From Takakia lepidozioides (lineage: Eukaryota > Plantae > Bryophyta): a DNA stretch of 64,000 nucleotides. The translations under genes and the position numbers were made by a program. The DNA lies in contig CM060733.1 of the NCBI GenBank assembly GCA_030704615.1, forward strand, positions 24,738,001-24,802,000. The letters are read 5' to 3'. The notes under the pieces were generated by a model. The model had not been told where the DNA came from. It saw only the letters and a list, made by a program, of their open reading frames with translations, and did not search any database. Shown in pieces: positions 12,064 through 22,585 of the stretch (positions are counted from its first letter, which is position 1; each line of letters starts with the position of its first letter).

Positions 12064-15000
12064 TCAGTTTTGACTTTTTCTGATACTCACAGAAGTCAGG
12101 GGCTTAGTAGCCTCCTTCAATGGTTGTGGGGGCAGGTCCATAAGAGATTGAGCCGGCATGAAGTACAATTGGAGAGACATACAACATATCAATATCCCCA
12201 GAAACAACTGCAAAACCACCACATATGCCACAACCTTAGTCCAAAATATTCATTAGAATGCAGTCAGAAAAAAGAGAAATTTCCCTAGAGTATAGACTTC
12301 TGCATATTGTGAACAACACAGATGTAAACAGGGAATATTGCTATGTAGGCAACATCACATTCTGTGGGAGGGGGATAAGAAACAAAAGTTACAGTACCTG
12401 CAGTGTAGGTTTTAAGTTGAAAAGATGAATGGACAACACCATGGTTAGGAGCATGGCCATTGATGTTGCATACACCTGGCGACGAGAACATTATTGCAGG
12501 AAATAATAAGAAGGAATTTTATGACAGACGACAAGTCAATACAGCTTATATGGGAGGGAGGAAGAGAGAGAATTTCTTGGCCGTTGCAAGCAGTAGCCGG
12601 AAGAAAAATGATTTTGTACCTTTGGATAGAAAATGACCATTTTGATCCCGGAGATTCAAATCGCTTCTTACTTTCAAAATGGACTCTTTCCTTGGGATCC
12701 TTAGGATGGTGGCAAGATGTCCTCAAGAACACCAATCCAGTCAATTCTAAGGTAGAGGAGACCCCAAGTATGAAGAGACTCAAGGATGGTAGGAGACATC
12801 TTACAACACTCTTTTGTAGTCTAGGGCAACATTGTGATGTTGTTTATTACATTGAAAAGCTTTCTCTTTCCTAAACTTCTATGCCTTCTATCTAGTTCCA
12901 AGTGAAGGGTCTTAGTTTGGGTATGTAAGAGAGAGAGAGAGTGTGTACTCATAAGATATTGTTTGCTGTAGCCTTGTCGTCATAGGACCTTGCACCCAGT
13001 TTCGGCAGAACAAGAGGGAACATACACTAGCTTTGTGAGGGGCTCACTCTAGTAGTGGGACTTACCATGATATGAACAATTTGTTCTGGCTTTCCAGATT
13101 TGCTCTAGAAAACCCTTCACACAAGCATCAATCTGCTGTGTGTAAGCCGCCCAACAGTTAGACCCCAACAGGGTCAGGAATTCAGGCTGAACCTCATGAT
13201 TTTGAAAGTTGGTGGATGGAGGTGCCGGGACTATGCTCTTGAGTTCCTGAAGAGGGTCACTCTCTGATGAGTACCCCGAGAGAACGTACTCATAAGATAT
13301 TGTTTGCCATAGCCCCTTGTGGCCATAGACCCTGTGCCCAGTTTGGGCGGAACACTATGAAACAGACACTACTTTTGTGAGGGGCTTGCTCTGGTAGTGG
13401 GACTGGCCTTGGTATAAACAATTCGTTCGGGCTTTCCAGATATCCTCTAGAAAGCCCTTCACACAAGCATCAATATATGGAATACCCCGGGAGAATGTAC
13501 TCATAAGACTTTGTTTGCTGTAGAGAGAGAGAGATTGTACTCATAAGACGTTGTTTGCCGTAGCCTTGTGGCCATTGACCCCGCGCCCAGTTTGAGCGGG
13601 AACAAAAGGGACAGAACCTACCTCTGTCAGGGGCTGACGTTGGCAGTAAGACTTACCTCCATATAAAGAATTAATCCGGGTTTTCCAGATATCCTCTAGA
13701 AATCCCTTCACACAAGCATCAATCTGCTGTGTGTGATTTGCCCAAAAACTAGGCCTCAGGAGGGCCTGGGCTTTTGGCTCAGCCTCGAGACTTTCAAAGT
13801 TGGTAAACAGGGGTACAGGCACAATTCCCTTAATAGATTTGAAGAGAGCGTCTCTTTGGTGAGAGAACCCCGGACAGTGTATCAGAAAATGAATGCTGTC
13901 TTCAGATTGCCCACACAACGGGCAATTGCACTCTCCCTTTCCTCTCTGCTTCTGTTTGCTGTAGAGAGAGAGAGAGAGGGAGAGAGAGAAAGAATGACGA
14001 GGTTCGTGGAGACCAATGGACAAAGTTACTCGATTTTTGCACATGACAGTGACGGAGAGATGGGAGATTCAGTAGGTGGGTTAGAGAGAGGGTGGATAGA
14101 CCTTGACAATGTTGTCAGCGTACTTCATCACCCAAGACACAAGGAGACCGGTACAGCCTAGGTTTAACACCACCAGCCATGTCATTATATCATAGCCATC
14201 CAGCAAGCGATACCACCACACTCCCTTCTTAAAGCCCATTGTGATGTCATCTATGGTCAGCCGCCCCATATTAAGCAGCACTCCAAACCTGTGTGGTAGT
14301 GGCTGAGAATCAGTACAAATGTTTCATCCAATTACTCCAACATCTAACTGCAAGAAGATAGGAAGTTTATGGATCAATATACAATTGACCGCTCTGCCTT
14401 CAGGCACTAAGGCAAAACAGATGAGGCATCAAAAAACACAACATCAACATCAAATCATTAGAGAGAATATACTCATAGAAGCATGTCTGTCGGGCATCTC
14501 TTCTGCTTTTTGATGAAATACAGCCTCATTGGACCATTTTCCACACCCATTGGGATGTACCTCTTGGATAGGTTATTGAGTGGGGTGAGTAGGTGCAAGT
14601 TCAGACATGGCTGTTCCCTATAGTGTAGCCATTCAGTACAGCCAAAAATTCATCAGGAAGGGGGAGAAAGGGAACGACAGTTACGCATAAAGTTGCACAT
14701 TCTGCCAATAAAGAGAGTCGTTGTTTTTCTTCATGAGGAATTCCGTGTATACTCCTGCCATGGCAGACATGCATGCAGAGAGTATGCCAAGTAGGTACCC
14801 TTCTATTGGTGCTGCCAGCAGGCTTTCGCAAGCAGTCTCCCCACACCCCTTTACCTGCACGGCCAAACAAAAGCTTATCTCCGCCCCTGTCTCTCAGTCA
14901 AGCAGTGCCATCAAAAAGTGACACAGAGAGGTGTAAGAAGGCTGAACCTGACTGGTAGTAGTGCCAATGGTCAACAACACGATAGCCATCCATTGCAACT

Positions 15001-16735
15001 TGGAAAGCTTCCTCTTCAAGAATGCCCTGTGAGGCTCATAAAACAAACAGTGCATATTGAGAGCTGATTAGAAAAGTCAATGGAGCTCAGACGCAAACAT
15101 TCATTCCGATTTTGCAGCAAACATGAAACCGTGCAGACCATTTCAAAAGTATTCTCGGAGCTGCAAAAGTAATACGTGACCTCATGCTCTATACAATTGT
15201 CACCATCCAGGAGATAACTTGATGTCCACCAAGAGAATGTACTCATGAGACATTTACCGTAGCCTTGTGGCCAAGAGAGAGAGGAGACGAGAAAAGGGGG
15301 CATGGGGAGGGTCCTTTTGCAAAAGGTCCCTAGCATCTGAGCAGAGTAAACTCTATTAAGCTTGGTGGGTTCAGGCAATTCACCAGAAAAGAATGCCCGT
15401 TGTGACAATCTTAAGATTTCCCAGGATTTGGTATGTGGAAGTGTCAACATATGTGAGTGTAGCAAACTGCACATTGTTGTGGACAAGGTATATCATAGAG
15501 GGAATTGGGTAGAGGCGAATGCTCCTCCAGTCAGTCGTGATTCTCGCAGGTGGGGAAGTTTTGAATTCCCTCCACAGAAGGAATGTACACACAATGAGCT
15601 GCATAAACACGGTCAATGGCCGAGTCTATCATTGCAGCTGATGTCAGTTCGAAGCTTTTTAGAACAACATCAACATTAACTATACATAAGATTCACACAC
15701 AGAACCCATGAAGAACAACAACAGGCAGAGAAACAAAGATTAAAGGAAACAGGTAGAATGGTGGCAAAAACCTAATCCTAACACGAAACCTCCTTTCTCC
15801 CTCTAAACAAACCTGTATTTTTCCGATTCCACAGAGCCCTCCTTTGCTCCATAAACCGAAGTAATCAAGTACCCAAAGGCAATTGAGTCTGTGACAACAA
15901 CACCAGTATACTTACAACAGAAGATAGCGAGGTAGTGAGTAGGTGCAGGTTTCCTACCTTCAAACATTCACCAAGAAGTGGAACAGTGGCATAATCATAT
16001 CTATATCCTCCACCAGTTTGTGATAATGTTGTCAATATACCCTGCAGCAGGTATAAGCTCAGTGCCACAGACAAAGAAACAGTCGAACAGATAGATAGGA
16101 CCATATAAAGTTCCTGCACTTATAGTCAGCCTCGATGATCCAAGGTTAAATCACCTGAAGCAGCTATCTGAAGATAAGTCATTCACAAAAAGAATTCATA
16201 CTATCAATGCACTCCTAGTCTCCGCGGCTGAACAATTCAGTTGACGAGGCCAGGCAATAGTGTCTTCATGAGAGCATGGAACAACGCAATCCAGGTCCAA
16301 CTAGCTTCATTCTCGTTTGGTTGTTGGATCACATTCAGTAGTTAGAACAATTCGCAAAATCTTACCACCTCACCCACTCTATTACTCTCACTCCTTTCTC
16401 GCCCATGACATAACGAATGTATCCTGTAGATCGGCCAAATTTTACTAAAAGTAGCTGTTTTGAACATATGTTCAAACAGATCGGATCGCCTTATTACAAG
16501 TGATGCGAAAGTCTCATAGCTCTGTCTCTCTCTTTCTCTCTGGTACAATTACCTGGGAGCTCGTGAAGACGGTGAGGACTGCAGCAACAAAAAAGGCACG
16601 CATCCGCAGAGGGTGAATGGTGGGTTTGCTGTTGGCCTCCTTATCCGACTTGGTATCATCCAAGAGAACCTCATTCTCTTCCCACTGTCTGTCTCTCTGA
16701 TTCTCAGCGATAAGGCCAACACCCACACCCCTCAT
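12064..16735 (-). CDS. CMP-sialic acid transporter-like nucleotide-sugar transporter (SLC35A family, CSTLP1-like), 8 exons, ~379 aa
   Basis: Exons 16735-16553, 16041-15958, 15598-15384, 15026-14948, 14854-14685, 14288-14102, 12475-12398 and 12207-12064, all GT-AG and phase-compatible. Motifs TSSQGILTTLSQ, YDYATVP, HNNVQFATLTYVDTSTYQILGNLKIVTTG, KYADNIVKVYATSMAMLL. A GTGAGT donor near 12090 could lead to a further terminal exon at ~11562. Confidence 0.93.
12941..13962 (-). mobile_element. Stack of four 5'-truncated 3'-end fragments of an RTE/RTEX-like LINE in transporter intron 6
   Basis: The same 3' terminus (GTACTCATAAGA on +) recurs at ~12945, 13287, 13497 and 13537, each next to GAGA. The copy 13535-13952 has a 23-bp direct repeat (tgtttgctgtagagagagagaga at 13512-13534 and 13953-13975), encodes a CPLC...HFLIHC zinc finger and is near-identical to 54206-54630. 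Confidence 0.88.
15237..15270 (-). mobile_element. 34-bp 3'-terminal stub of the same LINE family in transporter intron 3
   Basis: atgtactcatgagacatttaccgtagccttgtgg matches the LINE 3' end; flanked by ccaagaga direct repeats (15229-15236, 15271-15278) next to a GA run. Confidence 0.65.
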
Positions 16736-17589
16736 GTCTCTTCCTCTCCCTCACCCCCACTGGCTACGCACACGATGATCTGGCCATTGCGATCGAACCA
16801 CGCATCGATCGACCTTCGCGTCAAGGAGTATGCGCATACCCAGCAACAAGACTGATCGGGATGAATGTAAGTCTTAGTTTTGCAACTGGGTGATGCCCCA
16901 CAGCCAGATCTGCACTTTTCTTCCTCTTTCTTCATACTCCTGTGCTTCTCGCTCGTCTTCTCCTTCACCGTGTCATGCATGTACACTTGCGCCATGCCTT
17001 TGATGCCATACGGGTACCACCCCGAAGAAAACTCCCACTACTTCGATGCACATTGCGCAAGAATCTTGCAACATTTCAAAACAATCGGGATTGAATTCAT
17101 TTGGTACTACATTTCTGGTGTAGCGAGTGTCTCAGTGGTCTCTTGTTGTTGGATCAACCAAGGCAGGTCTCTTGTGAGGAGTCCAGACACAGCAACTACA
17201 GAATGCGATTGATTTAACAGCAGGTTCACATGGAAATCTTTCTTTAAGGGGTGCCATGATGGCTTATCAGAGATATTCTGGGACTTTGATCACAGCAATA
17301 GCCATGGTGATTGTGTGAGAAATTTTGCAAGTGATTTTGCACTATTTCTGGTAGTGTACCCAAGAAGCAATCAACAAACTAGGACTCTGCCAGATTCTGA
17401 GAAAGGTGGCACTATACAACTTTTCCTTATCAAGCTAGAACTAGTGTGGCACTCATTACAAGCAATGGGTAGAATCTGATGTTGAACCATTACAATCATG
17501 TATCTCATCAACTTAGTCTGTAAAATCTCTCGAGTCAATGGCCTGCCACTACCATGTTGAACATGTACAACCATGCTATCATGCAGATG

Positions 17590-20335
17590 CTACCACTCCT
17601 CAAAGCCCTCTTCGTCTCCCGCATCCTCTGCCTGTTCTATTTGTTGCCTTGCAAACTCCACCTGTGGAAACAATCCAGTCTCTTCACATTCTCTAAACTT
17701 GCCATACCAATGCAGGTGTCTCATTTTACTTGGAACACAATCTTGGAAAGACGAGAAGATGGCCACATGAGAACACTTAGTGCCTTTCATATTGATCTGG
17801 AACAACATCCCAAGATTTCCGTAGGACAGGACAGTCCAACCTGGACTTGGTAGAAATGCCATCCTGCTTCTAAAGAATAGCATTCTACCAAAGACTTATC
17901 CCTTTCCTTTCTCTCACAGCCAACATTACTACATTCATGAGAACCAGAGTCGCGCATTAGACACAAAACAAGGGAGAAGAGAGACAGCTGACGAATAGCA
18001 AGAAAAGAGCATTTAAGTAGGGTGCTTCTAGAGCTTACCTGTCCATCTGAGAGCCGCAGCTGCTTTGCTACAAATACAAGAGTTGGGCATTTTTCTCTCC
18101 AACCCCATGCCTCCACGTGTGTCTCCTCCAGCCCTACCCGGGCCGCAATCTCCTCAAGGGATATCACACTGACATCAAAACCATTGCCTCCGAAAACTCT
18201 CATCAAAAGGTTGCTTGGTACCTCCTGAGCAGAGTGAGAAGGATAAATGTTATTGGATAGTCCCCAGCCACAGCAGATCAGTGCTAATCAGAACAGAATG
18301 ACTTGGAGCATTGACTGGCAGTAGAAATGCGAGTCCTTTGCAGTGCCAGGTCTAGCAAGTGGCTGTCAAGGATTTGAAAAATGCACGCACTAAGAACACT
18401 TAAAGAGAGTCAACTTATAGACATATATAGACCTTGACCTAATATGTAAAAGCCTTGGAGACCACAGATTTACCGTGGAGGTGTCACCTAGTGCAGAGAG
18501 AGGAAGCTCTCCGACAAACACACAGCCCTTCATAGCCATACTGCTTGCATGTCCCAGAATAACTTGAAGACCCTCAGCTGTCAACCCATGCAGCCCCTGC
18601 ATCATATCATACAGCCCTTGTTGATCTTATAATTGCCAAATGCTGTATCTCTATTTGAGCACTAGCAAATTATCCAAGATGTCAAGTGCCCCTCATTTGA
18701 TTCCTTCAGACACTGATGTGGTGAGGTGTGAGATATTTTGTCTGCAAGAATTCATGGTACCCTTCATGGATTCTGCTTCACTTGATTCAGCATTTCATTG
18801 TCACAACTTCATAGGAAGATTGCCAATGCCATCCTATATCTTGTATGTCGAAACCACCATGACAGCTGTATTCACTATTCCTTATCAGGGAATACTCCAC
18901 ACGGTGTAGGCAAGCCAACTCCATTTAGGTCTTAGAGAGTGTGTCAACTTCCAACAACTACAGTTCCTTGTACATCTGTCAACAAGACAGTTTAGTTGGA
19001 AATTGAAGTAGAAGTCAACCTGCATTGCCCACACACTGGGACGGTCCCCTCTGAAGCCCAGTCTTGTGAGCATATCTCCCCACCCTTCATCTCTCCAGTC
19101 TTCACCATTGGCCAGCTCCGCAGTTACATGCTGCAACAAGCACATTTTTGGCACTTTTGCTCCAACACCTGCCATGGCCACCGTCCCCAGCTACATTGAA
19201 TGAGCCATTGATCACTGTAAGATTGTACATCCTTAGTTCTTAGTAGAATTTTAGAAGACAATTGGCAAAAAACCCCGCCACTTTTACAGGGCGCCTGTAT
19301 GAGCAGGTCAGAGGAGCAGAGGTACGTACCCTTTAATGTCTCAGAAGCTATTTGAAATATGGGGCCTGGCGAGATATCAAATATGAGAGACGCAGCTGGC
19401 CAGGGTAAGCGAAATGGTCTCGTGTCCATCCCATCTGTCAACAAGACAATCTGTAGGGTGTCAACGGACTCCAGTGTACCTGATGAAACTCGAGATCAGA
19501 CGTAGAAAAAGGCCCAGGGGAGAGAGAAAGAACCATAGAACTTTATAACGTCCCCATATCTAGCACAAAATCATCTAGCATTCCAGTATTGAAACAATAT
19601 CATAGACAGGGTACCTGTAGCACTTGACTACCGCTATCCTTCACTATCTCGACCAGCTTATCATCGATGAACCTCGTAGCAACCTCATAAGAGCCTGCCC
19701 TTACTTTAGCTCCCCCACAAGAATGTGTGCTGTCGGCTGCAAGATTCAGAGCCGCCAAACAAGCTGCATATGGATCATGAAAGAGAGGCTCTGCAATTAC
19801 AATTCCATAAACTATTAGCCACGGGAACAGAAGTACACATTGACTGTTCCCACATGGGTGTGATGGTGACGTATCCGTGGGAATATAGTCAGCCAGCATT
19901 GCAACTCGAGCTTTTCTTGAGATGTACGTGCCAGTTTGTGGGTGCAGAGAGAGAGAGAGAGAGAGAGTGTGTGTGTGTGTGTGTGTATGTGTATGAGTTG
20001 AGGCTTGAATGGAGACGAGTCAATCCTACAAGTGCCAACAGATTCCTCCATAGTCACCCACATGTCTAATGACACACGAAGCATGCTGCAACTTGCAACA
20101 AGCTCTTTAAAAGACGAAGACAAAAACATCCCACACCTGCTCGAAGGCTCTCTCTTGCACGCAAGCCCGCTGCATATACAGCCGCCTCAAGACAGCACCT
20201 TGCCTCCATATCCTCTGAAGCCGCACCTCGGGGCCTAACTAACATCCAATGGAGGTAACTAGTCTCTCGCCACGGCCGTCCGGATGGCAGAGGGCTCAAT
20301 GGAGGGGGACGGAAGGGCAAGGCCATGGTGAGCAT
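17590..20335 (-). CDS. SAM-dependent methyltransferase, leucine-carboxyl-methyltransferase (LCM) superfamily, 7 exons, ~341 aa, possible organelle transit peptide
   Basis: Exons 20335-20137, 19790-19615, 19450-19330, 19168-19020, 18596-18474, 18224-18039 and 17661-17590 join in frame. Motifs LRARES..PLFHDPYA, ATRFIDD, QIVLLTDGMDTRPFRLPWP, GFRGDRPSVWAMQGL and C-terminal GDEEGFEEW. Confidence 0.9.
19946..19986. repeat. Compound (GA)n(GT)n microsatellite in methyltransferase intron 1
   Basis: Directly visible; the equivalent tract in copy B (~55925-55967) is the site of a LINE insertion. Confidence 0.95.
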
Positions 20336-20428
20336 TGTTGGCCTGCAAAGAGAGACACCAAAGTTCTGTGCGGAATTTCATGAAGCACACAACTGACGCC
20401 TCTCTCCCTCGTCGTTGGACCGGTATAC

Positions 20429-20686
20429 TGTATTGATTTCAATATACCCTTAGGGTATAAGTAAATTATTTTTGTCAAATCATTTACCCTCCGGGTATGG
20501 ATAAATTGAAATGTCAAAATTTTATTTACCCTCCACGTATGGGTAAACTAACTTTTCAGATTCTATATAACCCTGGGTAAGAATATATATGCCAAAATAT
20601 ATAACCCCGGGTAAGGGTATATTGCCAAAATATACCCTGAGGGTATGGATAGTTTCCGGGTATGGATAATTATTTAAATCAATATA
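20429..20686. mobile_element. Small foldback/MITE-like element
   Basis: Termini TATTGATTT and AAATCAATA; internal palindromic repeats such as TTTACCCTCCGGGTATGGATAAA and ATAACCCCGGGTAAG. A second, interrupted copy lies at 57975-60211. Confidence 0.7.
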
Positions 20687-20709
20687 TAATTTAATGGTTT
20701 TTAAAATTG

Positions 20710-21407
20710 GTCTTTGAAGTGAGAAAAGATGTCACAGTATTTCTTCCTTAAAGCCAAACAACGTCGTGCTGCTACTACCATTAAGTTGCTTCTCTGAAAA
20801 ATAAGCAGGGGCTGCCGGTTTCAAATCCAAAACAAATGGCTTCATTGGCAGCTTCTCACTTTGCTTCTTTGTTCTCTGATCGACCTGTTTCCCCTGCTCA
20901 TCTAGCAGCTCGTGCTGAAGTGCTTTCTACCTTTAAAAAAGTTGTCACTGCGGCTGAACTAGAAAAGTTATCTTCCCTCTTTCCCACCATAGAGCTTTCA
21001 TATGCCCTCGCCAAGCTGGCCTCTTTCAAGTCTCCCGGGCTTGATGGGCTTCTTGTGGAGCTTTTTAAAGCTTCTGGATGGTGTGTGGAGATAATTTCAT
21101 CTCCTTCGCTGAAGACATTTTGCTTACAGGGATAATGCCCTCTCAGATCGCTCAAGGAGTAATTACACTCATCCAGAAGAAGAGGGACCGCAATTCTATC
21201 TCCAACTATAGGCCGATCACATTGTTGAACGTAGTCTACAAAATAATTGCTAATGCTCTAGTCATCAGACTGCAGCCGCTTCTCTACAAGTTGATAAGGC
21301 CTGAGCAGACAGGTTTGCTCAAAGACCGTATGATATTGGATAATATCCTTCTTGCGCATGAAGCTCTACACACTGCACACGAATCCAATCAGCCTCTTGC
21401 TCTTCTG
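20710..21407 (+). mobile_element. Internal L1 ORF2 fragment at the duplication junction
   Basis: KSPGLDGL..ELF, GVITLIQK, NYRPITLLNVVYKIIA and EQTG..DRMILDNIL, with a frameshift; no 3' end or poly(A). Confidence 0.88.
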
Positions 21408-21823
21408 AAATCACCTGAAGCAGCTACCTGAAGATAAGTCATTCACAAAAAGAATTCATACTATCAATGCACTCCTAGTCTCCGCGCCTGAACAATTCAG
21501 TTGACTAGGCCAGGCAATAGTGTCTTCATGAGAGCATGGAACAACGCAATCCAGGTCCAACTAGCTTCATTCTCGTTTGATTGTTGGATCACATTCAGTA
21601 GTTAGAACAATTCGCAAAATCTTACCACCTCACCCACTCGATTACTCTCACTCCTTTCTCGCCAATATATAACGTCGAGTGTATCCTATAGATGGGCCAA
21701 ATTCGGAGAAGTATTAAAAGTAGTTGTTTTGAACTTATGTTCAAACAGGTCGGATCGCCCCCTATTACAAGCGATGCGAAAGTCTCATAGCTCTGTCTCT
21801 CTCTTTCTCTCTGATATAATTAC

Positions 21824-22011
21824 ATGGGAGCTTGTGAAGACGGTGAGGACTGCAGCAACAAAGAAGGCACGCATCCGCAGAGGGTGAATGGTGGGTTTGT
21901 TGTTGGCCTCCTTATCCGACTGGGTATTATCCAAGAGAACCTCATTCTCCTCCCACTGTCTGTCTCTCTGATTCTCAGCGCTAAGTTAAGGCCAACATCC
22001 ACACCTCTCAT
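21824..22011 (-). pseudogene. Duplicated, frameshifted exon 1 of the nucleotide-sugar transporter
   Basis: Homologous to 16553-16735, with a 5-nt insertion near 21980; only part of intron 1 follows and there are no further exons. Confidence 0.88.
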
Positions 22012-22130
22012 GTCTCTTCCTCTCCCTCACCCCCACACTGGCAGCTACGCACCCAGAGATCTTGGCATTGCGAACGAACCACGCATCGATTGACCTCCCC
22101 GTCAAAGAGTATGTTACGCATGTGAAGCCT

Positions 22131-22585
22131 GCAAAGTGAGCGTGAAGTATAAGCTCATTTCCTCTCAAGAACTGACTTTCACAACAAAGGGACAAGCAAG
22201 GAGAGACGAGCGATGCGCGAGAGGAGGGTCAACACAGGGATCTGACAGTACAAAGAGCTCTCATCCACTGCCTGTTCACAAACTTCACATGTACAGCAAC
22301 ACCCGAGTACACCGTCCCTGACCTCGCCGTCTTTATACAAAAAGCCCTACCTTCTGTTGCATGCCGTGTGGCGAGGCGTGACAGGCCAAGCCCGCAACGT
22401 CTTTTCACAGCCCTAGATTCAATGAAGGGCCAGGATGCGGCCACCATCTTAAACTAACCCTAGCTGAACTATCATTGTAACGGTTTAATGGCACTTTAAG
22501 CCGAAAAAATTATACGATGAATGAGTATCGCCGCTTTGGATGAATAATGACAATTAATGATGAGGAGAGTTTACGCCATCACATC
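22131..22585 (+). mobile_element. Independent 455-bp 3'-end copy of the same LINE family
   Basis: Homologous to ~50936-51393; flanked by its own 10-bp target duplication tgtgaagcct (22121-22130, 22586-22595). Confidence 0.82.

Larger units (their letters stand above)
16148..20709. repeat. Tandem segmental duplication, copy A (copy B = 21408-60234, interrupted by TEs)
   Basis: Colinear similarity starts at aaatcacctgaagcagcta (16148 / 21408) and ends at taatggtttttaaaattg (20709 / 60234). It covers transporter intron 1 and exon 1, the whole methyltransferase gene and a MITE. Confidence 0.92.

Noticed and set aside
5300-12900. Degraded endogenous negative-strand RNA virus L and G genes (scattered PYFRGST-, RAFP- and GG-like motifs)
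   Set aside because: The motifs are in inconsistent frames and spacing with no GDN polymerase motif; the region is explained by the spliced endosulfine gene, transporter exons and their introns.
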